From positions 1 to 64,000 of the forward strand of contig BTWA01000007.1 of the NCBI GenBank assembly GCA_045863295.1: a DNA stretch of 64,000 nucleotides. Reading direction: 5' to 3'. The notes under the pieces were generated by a model. That model worked only from the letters and a program-made list of their open reading frames with translations. It was not told the origin of the DNA and ran no database searches. Positions 18,881-29,479 of the stretch are shown in pieces. Both the position numbers and the translations under genes were made by a program. The DNA is from Candidatus Hydrogenedentota bacterium. GTDB taxonomy: Bacteria > Hydrogenedentota > Hydrogenedentia > Hydrogenedentales > SLHB01. Positions within the stretch are counted from its first letter, which is position 1, and the number at the start of each line of letters is the position of its first letter.

Positions 18881-20134
18881 GTGGACAGGATTCTGATACG
18901 CGGAGGCAAGCCCCTTAAGGGCACGGTACAGGTGCGCGGCGCTAAGAATTCCGTGCTCCCGCTCATGGCCGCATCTATTCTGGCCGAAGAAGCGTGCACG
19001 TTGCACAACGTGCCATGTCTGCACGACGTCTTCACCATGGATAAACTGCTAACGTCATTCGGAATGAACGTCGAGTTCACCGGCCGCTACATGAAGCTGG
19101 ACGCATCGAATATCCAATCCAGCCTTGCCCACTACGATCTCGTGCGAAAGATGCGCGCCTCGTTCTTCGTATTAGGACCCTTGCTGGGCCGGTTTGGTAA
19201 GGCCAAGGTTTCACTGCCAGGCGGGTGTGCCATCGGTACACGCCCGGTGGATATTCATCTCAAAGGTCTCGAGGCGCTCGGTGCGGATATCACCATTGAA
19301 GAAGGCTACGTCATCGCCGAAGGGCGCCTTACCGGCGCGGACTATGCCCTCGAATTTCCCAGCGTGGGCGCCACCGAAAATCTGATGATGGCCGCATGCC
19401 GGGCCAGTGGCGTAAGCCGCATCAGCAACGTGGCCCGGGAGCCGGAAATCGTGGATCTCGCCCAGTTCCTGAACGCGATGGGTGCGCGTATCTCCGGCGC
19501 GGGCACGGACATGATCACCATCGTCGGCGTGGATTCACTCGGAGGAACGGAACACACAGCCATCCCCGATCGTATCGAAGCAGGCACATTCCTGATCGCC
19601 GCGGCCGCGACCGGCGGTGACGTGGTCGTACAAAACGCGAATGCCGATCACCTGCCCACGTTCCTTGGTAAACTGCGCGAAGCCGGGGCGGAAATGGAAA
19701 TCCACGGCAACCGGATTCGGGTTTCCTGTCCGAATGGATTGAAGGCAATAAACCTGACGACCCAGCCTTATCCCGGATTCCCGACCGATCTTCAGGCACA
19801 GATGATGTCAATGCTATGCATGGCCGAAGGCGCAAGTGTGTTAAAAGAAACCGTCTTCGAAAACCGTTTCATGCAGGTGGGAGAGTTGCTGCGCATGGGT
19901 GCGGTCATCGAATCCGACGGAAATACGGCCATCGTCCGAGGCGTATCCCAATTGAGCGGAGCGCCCGTGATGGCCTCGGATTTGCGAGCCAGCGCCGCCT
20001 TGGTCATTGCCGGACTGATGGCCGCGAAAGGCGAAACTTCCATCCAGCGGGTGTATCATATCGACCGGGGGTACGAACGCATTGAAGAGCGGCTCGCGGG
20101 GCTTGGCGCGGACATCGAGCGAGTCCGGGATTGA
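18881..20134 (+). CDS. murA: UDP-N-acetylglucosamine 1-carboxyvinyltransferase
   Basis: GAKNS, MRAS, LPGGCAIGTRP (Cys type), YPGFPTDLQAQ, DLRA. Confidence 0.98.
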   Translation: MDRILIRGGKPLKGTVQVRGAKNSVLPLMAASILAEEACTLHNVPCLHDVFTMDKLLTSFGMNVEFTGRYMKLDASNIQSSLAHYDLVRKMRASFFVLGPLLGRFGKAKVSLPGGCAIGTRPVDIHLKGLEALGADITIEEGYVIAEGRLTGADYALEFPSVGATENLMMAACRASGVSRISNVAREPEIVDLAQFLNAMGARISGAGTDMITIVGVDSLGGTEHTAIPDRIEAGTFLIAAAATGGDVVVQNANADHLPTFLGKLREAGAEMEIHGNRIRVSCPNGLKAINLTTQPYPGFPTDLQAQMMSMLCMAEGASVLKETVFENRFMQVGELLRMGAVIESDGNTAIVRGVSQLSGAPVMASDLRASAALVIAGLMAAKGETSIQRVYHIDRGYERIEERLAGLGADIERVRD

Positions 20135-20208
20135 TGTGCGCATGCACGCAAGTATAGAGGGCCGAAGGTCCGATAAGTCCGGTTGAAGCGGGGGCGGTAC
20201 GAAATCGC

Positions 20209-21513
20209 ATGAAGTATTTCGAAATCAAGGACAATGCATCGTTTGATCGAGCGGCAAAGCGGCTCGCCGCGCGCGCGGACGTCTCAAGCGATGAATCCGC
20301 GCTGAAGGACAAGTTGGAAGCCACACGCGCCATCGTCGACGACGTGCGCGACAGGGGCGATACGGCCGTGGCCGAATATACCGCGCGCTTCGACAAGGCA
20401 AACTTGTCGCCGGACCGGTTCGAGATCGCGAAGGCGGAAATTGATGCGGCCACGGATGCTCTCGATCCCGCCCTCGTCAAAGCGCTCGAAAAAGCCCACG
20501 CCAATATCACCGATTTCCATTCCCGCAATCTGCGCCAGTCCTGGCAGGAAGCCAAACCCGATGGATCGCTCGTAGGGCAACGATTGACGCCCATCGAAAG
20601 CGTCGGCGTATACGTCCCCGGCGGCACCGCGTTTTATCCCTCTTCCGTGCTTATGAACATCGTGCCCGCGCGTGTCGCGGGTGTGCGCGAGATTGCCATG
20701 GTTTCGCCGCCCAGTTACCACGGCACGCTGCACCCCCTCGTACTTGCGGGCGCGAAGATCGCCGGGGCCACGCGCGTATTCCGTGTTGGGGGGGCGCAGG
20801 CCGTCGCTGCGCTTGCCTATGGCACGAACGCCATACCGTCCGTACTGAAAATCACCGGTCCCGGAAACATCTACGTGACCTTGGCCAAGAGACTCATTTC
20901 ATCGGTATGCGATATCGACAAAGAAGCAGGACCTTCCGAAGTCGTCGTCATTGCCGATGCGAACGCAAACCCGGACTGGGCCGCAATTGAACTTATTGCC
21001 CAAGCGGAACACGGCGAAGATTCGCCCGTCTGGCTCGTGACTGATAGCACGGAAATGGCCAATCGTGTGAAGGTTTCGCTCGAAAAGCTCGTACCCACAC
21101 TCAGCCGAAGAACCATTATCGAAAAGGCGTTGGCGGATTGTGCCGAAACCTACGTGGTCCGTGATATGAATGAGGCTGCGCGGCTTGTGAACATCATCGC
21201 TCCCGAGCACCTCAGCATCCAGACGGCAAATCCTCAAGCCGTTTTGGACGAAATCCCCAACGTAGGCTGCGCCGTATTGGGCGGCGGCACGTCCGTCGCC
21301 TGCGGCGATTACATGGCCGGGCCGAATCACATTTTGCCGACCTCGCGGCGAGCTCGCTTCGCGTCTCCGTTGACAGCCGAAGATTTCCGGAAAGTGACCA
21401 GCATCATTTCGTATTCCCCCGATCGGATGCGGCAGGATGCGGATGACATAATCCGGCTGGCATCCGCTGAAAAACTGGATGCCCACGCCAGGGCGCTGGA
21501 ATTACGCAAATGA
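20209..21513 (+). CDS. hisD: Histidinol dehydrogenase
   Basis: GVYVPGG, GGAQAVAALAYGT, GPGNIYV, AGPSE, QAEH, APEHL, GPNHILPT. Confidence 0.96.
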   Translation: MKYFEIKDNASFDRAAKRLAARADVSSDESALKDKLEATRAIVDDVRDRGDTAVAEYTARFDKANLSPDRFEIAKAEIDAATDALDPALVKALEKAHANITDFHSRNLRQSWQEAKPDGSLVGQRLTPIESVGVYVPGGTAFYPSSVLMNIVPARVAGVREIAMVSPPSYHGTLHPLVLAGAKIAGATRVFRVGGAQAVAALAYGTNAIPSVLKITGPGNIYVTLAKRLISSVCDIDKEAGPSEVVVIADANANPDWAAIELIAQAEHGEDSPVWLVTDSTEMANRVKVSLEKLVPTLSRRTIIEKALADCAETYVVRDMNEAARLVNIIAPEHLSIQTANPQAVLDEIPNVGCAVLGGGTSVACGDYMAGPNHILPTSRRARFASPLTAEDFRKVTSIISYSPDRMRQDADDIIRLASAEKLDAHARALELRK

Positions 21514-22556
21514 AGTTTACACGCAAGATACTAAAAGGCGTGGAAGGATACGTGCCCGGTGAACAGCCCCAACGCACAGACGTAATCAAGCTGAACACAA
21601 ACGAGAATCCCTATCCGCCGTCGCCCAAGGTGATGGAAGCGCTTCGGAGTCTCTCTCAGGATGCACTGGTAAAATACCCGGATCCGGTGTCGGGCAAGTT
21701 CCGTCGTGAATGCGCCATGCAGTACGGGTATCCCGGCGAAGATTGGGTCATTGCAGGCAATGGCATGGACGAAGTCCTCGCCATGACCATACGCACGTTC
21801 GTGGATCCCGGCGACTCCATCTTGACAACAGACCCCACCTACACCCTGTACGAAACCCTTGCCGACCTGCACGGAGCAAAAACCGTGAAGGTCGAACTGG
21901 ACGCCGAGTTTCAACTGCCGGAGTCATTCTATACCGCGCCTGCGCGCGCTTGTTTTATCACCCGCCCCAACGCCCCATCCGGCGTGTGCGCGCCGCGCGC
22001 AGCCATGGAGCGCCTGTGCAAGAACTTCAATGGTATCGTCGTTATCGACGAAGCCTACGTCGATTTTGCGGACGACAACTGCATGGATTTCCCGGAACGA
22101 TTCGACAACGTCATCGTGGCGCGTACGTTTTCGAAGTCCTACAGCCTGGCGGGCATGCGCCTGGGCATCGGCGTCGCGCGCCCGGAAATCATCGCCGAAT
22201 ACATAAAGACCAAGGATTCGTACAACATGAACGCCGTGGCTCAGGCGGTGGGTATTGCGGCCATGGAAGACATGCCCCATATGCAAGCCAATGTGGAAAA
22301 AGTCCGCGCCACACGCTTGCGCACAATCCAGGAGTTAACCACGCTGGGCTTCCAAATCCCGCCTTCGCAGTCAAATTTCATCTTGGCCTGCTGGCAGGGC
22401 GCTCCAACGGCACGCGGCATCTTTGAACGTCTCCGCGATCGCGGCATCTACGTCCGGTATTTCGATACGCCCAGATTGAAGGATGCTCTTCGGATCACGA
22501 TAGGGACAGATAAACAGATGGAAGCGCTACTCAATGCGATCAGGGAAATAATCTGA
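21510..22556 (+). CDS. hisC: Histidinol-phosphate aminotransferase
   Basis: YVPGEQP, KLNTNENPYPPS, DEAYVDF, RTFSKSYSLAGMRLG. Confidence 0.95.
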   Translation: MKFTRKILKGVEGYVPGEQPQRTDVIKLNTNENPYPPSPKVMEALRSLSQDALVKYPDPVSGKFRRECAMQYGYPGEDWVIAGNGMDEVLAMTIRTFVDPGDSILTTDPTYTLYETLADLHGAKTVKVELDAEFQLPESFYTAPARACFITRPNAPSGVCAPRAAMERLCKNFNGIVVIDEAYVDFADDNCMDFPERFDNVIVARTFSKSYSLAGMRLGIGVARPEIIAEYIKTKDSYNMNAVAQAVGIAAMEDMPHMQANVEKVRATRLRTIQELTTLGFQIPPSQSNFILACWQGAPTARGIFERLRDRGIYVRYFDTPRLKDALRITIGTDKQMEALLNAIREII

Positions 22557-22560
22557 GCGG

Positions 22561-22968
22561 TTACGCACCAAACCACAAATCCGGCGTAGCCAATTCAAGT
22601 GAATTCCCGGCGGGATCGCGAAAATAAATGGATATCGCTCCGTTGGGCCAAGTCATTTCCTGCTCAATGTCGACCTTACTCGCGGCAAGATGTTTGCGCC
22701 AAGGATCCAATTCTTCATGACTCACCGCAAAGCACAAGTGACCTTGCCCTGGAACGCCGCCATGCAGGGGCACCGAAATCCCTTCCATGGGTTTAGCTGT
22801 GGCACCGGGATTGAACAGCAACACCATGCCGTCCCCACAACGGAAGAAGACATGGCGCCCTTCAACCCGGGCGTGAAAGGTCAGCCCTAAGACATCGCGG
22901 TAAAACGCCTCGGCGGCCTCCAAATCGTCCACATACAACGCGCTTTCCAGAACACGCTTTGCTTGCAT
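22561..22968 (-). CDS. VOC/glyoxalase family protein
   Basis: ESALYVDDLEAAEAFYRDVLGL, HLCF, SIYFRDPAGNSLEL. Confidence 0.9.
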   Translation of the reverse strand: MQAKRVLESALYVDDLEAAEAFYRDVLGLTFHARVEGRHVFFRCGDGMVLLFNPGATAKPMEGISVPLHGGVPGQGHLCFAVSHEELDPWRKHLAASKVDIEQEMTWPNGAISIYFRDPAGNSLELATPDLWFGA

Positions 22969-23014
22969 CGCGACGCCTCCGGAGCTTACGAGTGCTCAAT
23001 GTGTCACGGAATCA

Positions 23015-23845
23015 TCATGGAAACAAATAGGCGATTAAAGCGTCCCGTTCGCCGAAGTCCGGAATCAAGATATCCGCGCCGGCGTCCGCCAGTCGCTGGC
23101 GTTTGACCTCGTCCCAGCCGCACCCTTCCAACTCATTCGAACACACCCCAATGGACACGCAGCCTTCCTGCTTTGCCACCTTGATTTCCACCGGGCCGTC
23201 TCCAACGATTAAGACTTCAGATCCATGCAAATGATGATCTTCGATCGCCTTTCGCAGAACCTTTTCTTTGTTCGACTCGGCATATGTCTTCCGTGCACCA
23301 TACACTTCGGTGAAGTAGGACCGCACGCCAACTAACCCCGCCTCATGTTCAACGTCTTCGTGATCCGTGCCGCTGAAGATGCACATGTACAAACCGCGCT
23401 CGTGCATCGCTTTCACAAACGCCACAGATCCCCGCACGGTGGTCTCTTCCGGGCTCAGCTTGCCCTCCGCCATCTGCTGAATGCGTTCGCTCACCCTGAC
23501 CATCAGCCGGTCATTGTAAATCTTCTTGTATCCGTGCGCATCCAGCATCTTGTCCTCAGGCACAAAGCCCTTCTTGCGCACCATGTCCACAAGGCCTTCC
23601 ATCTGAAGAATGGTATTGATCCCCGTGGTTTCGTGGATAAACTCCATCACCTCGTGCTCAATTTCAGGCGTGCAGAGATGCTCGCCGCAAATGCATTCGA
23701 TCATCACCGGCTTCATCACTTGCTGCCAGCCCTCGCGCAGCAGGCTCACCGTGCCATCGAAATCAAATAGGGCATGCTTGAACTTGCCGCGAGGAACTTC
23801 GCGAACAACCTGTATTTGGGTTCCAGGAAGATAATTGATCGTCAT
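23015..23845 (-). CDS. HAD-superfamily hydrolase (probable sugar-phosphate phosphatase)
   Basis: FDFDGT motif I, SGT motif II, VGDGPVE motif IV. Confidence 0.85.
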   Translation of the reverse strand: MTINYLPGTQIQVVREVPRGKFKHALFDFDGTVSLLREGWQQVMKPVMIECICGEHLCTPEIEHEVMEFIHETTGINTILQMEGLVDMVRKKGFVPEDKMLDAHGYKKIYNDRLMVRVSERIQQMAEGKLSPEETTVRGSVAFVKAMHERGLYMCIFSGTDHEDVEHEAGLVGVRSYFTEVYGARKTYAESNKEKVLRKAIEDHHLHGSEVLIVGDGPVEIKVAKQEGCVSIGVCSNELEGCGWDEVKRQRLADAGADILIPDFGERDALIAYLFP

Positions 23846-23854
23846 GATGTCCAA

Positions 23855-24376
23855 TCACTCCACCATGAACTCAATCATGGTATTCACAGGATATCGCGCC
23901 AGTTTCTCGCGCCCCTTCAACGGCGGCAGCTCAATCACAAACGCAAGTTCATCGATCGTCGCACCCAGGCGCTCCACCAGCTTGCACACCGCGTCCACCG
24001 TGCCCCCGGTAGCAAGTAAATCGTCGATCACAACCACCTTGTCGCCGGGTTTTAATGCGTCGACATGCATGTGCAGTTCGTTGACGCCGTATTCCAGTGC
24101 ATACGACTCCGAGATAGTCTTGTAAGGCAGCTTCCCCGGCTTCCGGGCGGGCACGAATCCAAGCCCCATTGCATACGCCAGCGCCCCGCCAAACACGAAC
24201 CCGCGCGCTTCCACACCGACAATCGCGGTCAAGCCGCGCCCGGAATACCGTGCCTTCCACGTATCAATGATATGCCGGAGTGCATCGCCATCTTCCAGCA
24301 CCGTCGTAATGTCCTTGAATTGGATGCCAGGCACCGGAAAGTCCGGCACATTGCGCACCAATGCCGCCAAATCCAT
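23855..24376 (-). CDS. apt: Adenine phosphoribosyltransferase
   Basis: PDFPVPGIQFKDIT, EARGF, RKPGKLP, VVIDDLLATGGT. Confidence 0.97.
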   Translation of the reverse strand: MDLAALVRNVPDFPVPGIQFKDITTVLEDGDALRHIIDTWKARYSGRGLTAIVGVEARGFVFGGALAYAMGLGFVPARKPGKLPYKTISESYALEYGVNELHMHVDALKPGDKVVVIDDLLATGGTVDAVCKLVERLGATIDELAFVIELPPLKGREKLARYPVNTMIEFMVE

Positions 24377-24504
24377 ATGAAAACTCCTCGATCAATTGGA
24401 TTTTCCCCATCAGGATGCCGCGGATCGCGGTCAGGGGAGATCATACCGGTTGGAACTGGGGGATGTCGAACAGAACGAGCGGGCGCGATACCGCCCTTAC
24501 CCCG

Positions 24505-25332
24505 TCAGGGCATGAAGTCGTCCGCGCGTTCACGCACGAACAAGCGAAGCCGCTTCATCACGTCATTCTCGATTTGCCGGATACGTTCCCGCGTGAGGCT
24601 GAATTTCCGGCCCGTCTCCTCAAGCGTATGCGCCTTGCCGTCCATCAGGCCGTACCGGTAGCGGACTATCTTCTGCTCCCGCTCATTAAGCTGCTTCATG
24701 ATCTCTTCGAGTTGCTGATCCAGCTCGATTTGTTCGATGGCCTGATCGACCCGCCGAGGTTCCACACTCTCCGGAATCCCCCGGCCGTCTTCGTCGTTCA
24801 TGCTGTCCAGATTGTCCAGTGGCGAAACATCGTCCACAAACGACTGCAGCTTCCGCGCCTCGGAGGCCTTGATTCCCATCGCCTCGGCAATTTCTTCGGG
24901 ATCGGGTCGCCGGCCCGTCTTGATGTACAACTCCTCCGACGTCTTCTTATAGCGGGCAATATTGTCGGTCACGTACACCGGAATCCGGACCGTCCGGCCG
25001 TAGTTGGAAAGAGCCCGTGTAATCGCCTGCCGAATCCACCACGTGGCATACGTCGAAAATTTGCACCCTCGGCCCGGGTCAAACCGGTCCACTGCCTTCA
25101 TGAGTCCCAGGTTGCCTTCCTCAATAAGATCCTGCAAAGGCAATCCAAAGTAGAGATATTTCTTGGCAATACTCACAACCAGCCGTAGATTGGACACAAT
25201 GAGTTTGCGCCTCGCCTCGCCCTCGCCTTTCAGCGCCAGCTCCGCAAGCCGTATCTCCTCTTTGGGACTAAGCAGGGGAATGCGCGAGATCTCCGCAAGA
25301 TACGTGCTCAATCCGCTTTCGCGCATGTCCAT
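24505..25332 (-). CDS. RpoD/RpoS-like (group 2-type) sigma70 factor lacking region 1.1
   Basis: [55 protein letters not shown]. Confidence 0.92.
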   Translation of the reverse strand: MDMRESGLSTYLAEISRIPLLSPKEEIRLAELALKGEGEARRKLIVSNLRLVVSIAKKYLYFGLPLQDLIEEGNLGLMKAVDRFDPGRGCKFSTYATWWIRQAITRALSNYGRTVRIPVYVTDNIARYKKTSEELYIKTGRRPDPEEIAEAMGIKASEARKLQSFVDDVSPLDNLDSMNDEDGRGIPESVEPRRVDQAIEQIELDQQLEEIMKQLNEREQKIVRYRYGLMDGKAHTLEETGRKFSLTRERIRQIENDVMKRLRLFVRERADDFMP

Positions 25333-25591
25333 TCAGGCGGGTCCTTTACAGCCGAATTCCGTGCGGCAGTGTAAACAATAAACGCGGTCCAAGCCCGGCA
25401 GCCCTGTTCGACGGGTCGTTACACAACCTGTGCAGCGGCAAGGGCATTCTACTGAAGCACCGAAAATTCATTCAAGACCGCGATGGAACCATGTCCTGTC
25501 GTAGTATTCTCACCGGTTTGTCCAATATCATGTATCGGACCGGCCCCGATCAAACTTGAACCCGGACCCACTACCAAGCAAAATCTGCCCC

Positions 25592-26077
25592 ATGGTCGAT
25601 GAACATACATGGTACATGCAATACGCACTGCGGGAAGCCAACCATGCCAAGGAAAAAGGCGAGGTGCCCGTGGGCTGTGTCATTGTGTGGGACGGACAGA
25701 TCATCGGCAAGGCCCACAACCAGCGGGAAACCCTCCAGGACCCCACGGCCCACGCGGAAGTGCTGGCCATTACCCAGGCCGCGGACTACCTGAAAAGCTG
25801 GCGTCTCGAAGGCGCGACGATGTACGTCACCCTCGAACCCTGCCCCATGTGCGCCGGAGCCATCATTCTGTCCAGAATCTCCGAAGTGCACTTTGGAGCC
25901 TCCGATCCAAAGGCCGGCTGTTGCGGCTCGCTTATGGACCTGCTGGCCGACTCACGATTCAACCACAACCCCAACGTCCATTCCGGGTTGCTCGCCGCCG
26001 AGTGCGGGGCGATTCTGACCGAGTTCTTCCAACAAATCCGCCGGAATCGGTCCGATCGGCGTCAAGAATCAGAGTAG
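25592..26077 (+). CDS. tadA: tRNA adenosine(34) deaminase
   Basis: GEVPVG, DPTAHAE, YVTLEPCPMCAGA, DPKAG. Confidence 0.95.
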   Translation: MVDEHTWYMQYALREANHAKEKGEVPVGCVIVWDGQIIGKAHNQRETLQDPTAHAEVLAITQAADYLKSWRLEGATMYVTLEPCPMCAGAIILSRISEVHFGASDPKAGCCGSLMDLLADSRFNHNPNVHSGLLAAECGAILTEFFQQIRRNRSDRRQESE

Positions 26078-26186
26078 CTCCAGATCGCGCTACTGCCCTG
26101 ACTTGATTCCTTTGCTCCCCTTTCCCTCCGGTTGGTATACTCTCCGCGTTTGTTTCTCAACCCAATATCTAGAAAGCGATTGCACC

Positions 26187-26960
26187 ATGAGTGAAGTATT
26201 GCGGCCACTGGTGGAGATGTCCCGGTACCTCGGGGATCCCTCAAAAGGATACGCCATGCTGGGGGAGGGGAATACGTCCGCCCAGTCTGGCCCCGACTCG
26301 TTTTACGTGAAGGCGTCCGGCACGACGATGGCCACCATCGATGAAACCGGGTTCGTCCATTGTTCCATTTCCAGAATCACGGCCATCCTGGAAGACCCGA
26401 AAGCGGGGGATGAGGACGTGACCAAGGTGTTTCAGGATTCGCTGCTCACACCAGGCGAAAAACGCCGACCGAGCGTCGAGGCCATGCTCCACGCGATTTT
26501 GCTGCAGGTGCCGGAGTACAAGTTCATCGGCCATACGCATCCGGTTTTCACCAATGCGATTCTGTGCTCGGTCAATGCCCGCGAAGCGGCCGCCGGCCGG
26601 ATTTTCCCTGATCATATCGTCTCCATGAAGCACAAGTCCGTTTTCGTGCCGTATGTCGATCCGGGATTGGAATTGGCGCGTACCGTAAAGCGGGAGTTCG
26701 ACGCATTCGTGGACAAAGAAGGCGTGTTGCCGTCCGCAATTCTCATGGAGAACCACGGCCTGATCACCATGGGCGATTCACCCAAAGCGGTAACGAGTTG
26801 CACGGACATGTGTGAGAAGGCGTCGCAGATCATCGTGCACACCTACGCCCTGGGTGGACCGCGGTGGATGACGCCGGAACACGTGTCCCGCATTTTCACA
26901 CGCCCGGACGAGCACTACCGCCTGAAAAGCATCGCCGACACAAAGCACGCTGGGAATTAG
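26187..26960 (+). CDS. Class II aldolase/adducin family protein
   Basis: GEGNTS, VKASG, RPSVE, HTH, LMENHGL. Confidence 0.88.
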   Translation: MSEVLRPLVEMSRYLGDPSKGYAMLGEGNTSAQSGPDSFYVKASGTTMATIDETGFVHCSISRITAILEDPKAGDEDVTKVFQDSLLTPGEKRRPSVEAMLHAILLQVPEYKFIGHTHPVFTNAILCSVNAREAAAGRIFPDHIVSMKHKSVFVPYVDPGLELARTVKREFDAFVDKEGVLPSAILMENHGLITMGDSPKAVTSCTDMCEKASQIIVHTYALGGPRWMTPEHVSRIFTRPDEHYRLKSIADTKHAGN

Positions 26961-27029
26961 ACCCTCGTTAAGATTGGAACTTCTTTAGCACCGCTGCGTG
27001 AAGAAGGACGCGTACCAAAGGAGCAAGTC

Positions 27030-28631
27030 GTGAGTACGTTGGATCAATATCGCAAAGCCGACGCGCCTCTGCCGGACCAATACAATGCATGGCAGGTGTT
27101 TGGCGCGGGTATCGAAAATGTGGGACGCGATGGCAAGCCGGTCACGGTCGCGTTGCGCGAACCGGCCGCAAATGAAGTCATGTTGCGCGTGGATGCGCTC
27201 GGGCTCTGCTTATCCGATATGAAGATCATCAAAATGGGTGGCGATCACCCGCGCTTAAGGGGCCGCGACCTGTCGAAAGATCCAACCGTGTTGGGACACG
27301 AGTGTGCCGCAACCGTGGTAAAGGTCGGGGAACAATGGAAGAACCAGTTTAAGGTCGGTCAACGGTATATCGTTCAAGCGGACATTTACTACAAGGGAAT
27401 TGGATACGCCTTCGGGTACCTCATTCCCGGTGGGTTGGCGCAATATTGCTATCTCGACGAACGGGCGCTTGCCGGCGATGAAGGCTGTTATCTGTTGCCG
27501 GTGAAATCAGAGACAGGCTACAGCCAATCCGCACTCTCCGAACCTTGGGCCTGTGTCGAGATGTCCTACAACCTGCAGGACCGCTTTACCGTGGGAGAAG
27601 GCCCCGTGTTGGTTGTCAGCGACGAAGACCTGACGACCGTCTATGAGGGCGCAACCCACATTCCCTCGTCCCTGGAAGGTCTACTTGACGAAAAGTTCGA
27701 CACCATCATCGTATTCAAGCCCACGCCGGTAATCGTCGAAACCCTCGCCAACAACATGAGTAAAGACGGAATCATGTTTCTGGTGGGCTCTCCCGCGGAG
27801 GACGGTGTCGCCTCTCTTGACATCGGCAGGATTCACTACGAAGGCCTTCGCTTCTACGGCGGCGGAGAAAACGAGGCCGAGATAGAGAAGGTCAACAGCC
27901 GACAGGATTTACTTCCAGGCGGCAGGGCGCTGTTCATCGGCGCCGGCGGCCCCATGGGGCAGATGCACGTACAGCGCTCTATCGAAATTGCGAACGGTCC
28001 GAAATGCGTAGTCGTGACCGATCTGGATCGCGGACGTCTCGATCACATTGTCCGGCGTTTCGGCAGCTTGGCCAAAGATCGAGGGGTTGAACTGATTACA
28101 TATTCTCCCACCGAATTCGAGTCACCCGAGGCCATGGATCGACAACTGGCCAGCCATGCCGTCGACGGTTACGACGACATTGTCATTCTCGCGCCGCTGG
28201 CGCGCCTCGTGCCCCAATACCTGAACATGGCTGCGGACGGTTGTCTCGTGAACGTATTCGCCGGTGTGGGGATTGGCAGCATGGCGCCCATCAAGATTGA
28301 AGACCTCTGCCGAGGCATCAAGATCATTGGTTCTAGTGGCTCCCGTATCAGCGATTTGCGCAAAGTATTGCAGATGGTCGAAGGCGGCGAATTGAACACC
28401 AACCTGAGCATCGCCGCCATCGGCGGACTCAATGCGGCGCGCGAAGGACTTGAGGCCGTGCGTGATGCGAAATTCCCTGGAAAGACGGTCATCTATCCGC
28501 AAATTCCCGATTTGCCCCTCACACCCTTGGAAAAAGTCGCCGAAGTCGTTCCCGAACTGAAAGAAAAATTAGGCGCTGACAGCGCGTGGACCATTGAAGC
28601 GGAAGAAACCCTGCTGGAGAAGTACGTCTAA
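27030..28631 (+). CDS. Zn-dependent MDR dehydrogenase, L-sorbose-1-phosphate reductase (SorE)-like, extended
   Basis: GLCLSDMK, LGHE, GYLIPGGLAQY, SEPWACV, IGAGGPMG, GSSGS. Confidence 0.75.
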   Translation: MSTLDQYRKADAPLPDQYNAWQVFGAGIENVGRDGKPVTVALREPAANEVMLRVDALGLCLSDMKIIKMGGDHPRLRGRDLSKDPTVLGHECAATVVKVGEQWKNQFKVGQRYIVQADIYYKGIGYAFGYLIPGGLAQYCYLDERALAGDEGCYLLPVKSETGYSQSALSEPWACVEMSYNLQDRFTVGEGPVLVVSDEDLTTVYEGATHIPSSLEGLLDEKFDTIIVFKPTPVIVETLANNMSKDGIMFLVGSPAEDGVASLDIGRIHYEGLRFYGGGENEAEIEKVNSRQDLLPGGRALFIGAGGPMGQMHVQRSIEIANGPKCVVVTDLDRGRLDHIVRRFGSLAKDRGVELITYSPTEFESPEAMDRQLASHAVDGYDDIVILAPLARLVPQYLNMAADGCLVNVFAGVGIGSMAPIKIEDLCRGIKIIGSSGSRISDLRKVLQMVEGGELNTNLSIAAIGGLNAAREGLEAVRDAKFPGKTVIYPQIPDLPLTPLEKVAEVVPELKEKLGADSAWTIEAEETLLEKYV

Positions 28632-29423
28632 ATGGCTCGATTGGAAGGAAAAAAAGCGATTGTTACGGGCGCGGCGCAGGGACTCGGCGCGGCTATCGTG
28701 GAGCGGCTCGCCCAGGAAGGCTGTGATGTCGCCATCTGGGACGTGAACGGCGAAGGCGCGCAAGTAACCGCAAATCGGATCGCCACTGAAACCGGTCGAA
28801 ATCTCGTCGCAGCCCAAGTGGACATTACCAATGCCGATGCCGTGCGCCAAGGCGTGGACGCGGCGGCCGCGCAACTGGGCGGGCTGGACGTGTTCGTCTC
28901 AAACGCCGGAATTCTCATTTCCGGAGAAAGTATCGATTTCGATGCCGCGAAGTGGCGTAAAGTCATTGACGTGAATTTAACCGGCTATTTCCTGTGCGCG
29001 CGCGAAGCAGCCCGCCTCATGCTGGCGAACGGCGCAAAAGGCTCTATCATCCAGATCAATTCCAAGTCCGGCAAGAAAGGCAGCTTTCGCAACAGCGCAT
29101 ACGCCGCGTCCAAGTTTGGCGGAATCGGCGTTACTCAGAGCCTCGCACTCGAGTTTGCCGAACAGGGCATTCGCGTGAATTCCATATGCCCGGGCAATCT
29201 GCTGGATTCGCCCTTGTGGACCGGCAGCCTGTTCAAACAGTACGCCGCCAACCAGGGCATCAGCGAGGACGAAGTGCGCAAAAAGTACATCGACCAAGTC
29301 CCCATGAAACGGCCTTGCACGTATCAAGACGTGACCAATGTGGTCGTGTTCATGGCCTCGGATGATTCGAACTACATGACCGGTCAGGCGATCAACGTGA
29401 CCGGCGGCCAGGAAATGCGATAG
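28632..29423 (+). CDS. srlD: Sorbitol-6-phosphate 2-dehydrogenase
   Basis: IIQINSKSGKKGS..NSAYAASKFGGIG, GNLLDSPLW, YMTGQAINVTGGQEM. Confidence 0.85.
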   Translation: MARLEGKKAIVTGAAQGLGAAIVERLAQEGCDVAIWDVNGEGAQVTANRIATETGRNLVAAQVDITNADAVRQGVDAAAAQLGGLDVFVSNAGILISGESIDFDAAKWRKVIDVNLTGYFLCAREAARLMLANGAKGSIIQINSKSGKKGSFRNSAYAASKFGGIGVTQSLALEFAEQGIRVNSICPGNLLDSPLWTGSLFKQYAANQGISEDEVRKKYIDQVPMKRPCTYQDVTNVVVFMASDDSNYMTGQAINVTGGQEMR

Positions 29424-29479
29424 GCGTTCCCAACGACTTCGATGGACAAGGGCATAACCCAAACCAAGAGGGATACTGT

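Noticed and set aside
20148..20176. Possible sigma28 promoter (GCAAG...TCCGATAA) before hisD
   Set aside because: Poor -35, 17-nt spacing, housekeeping operon context
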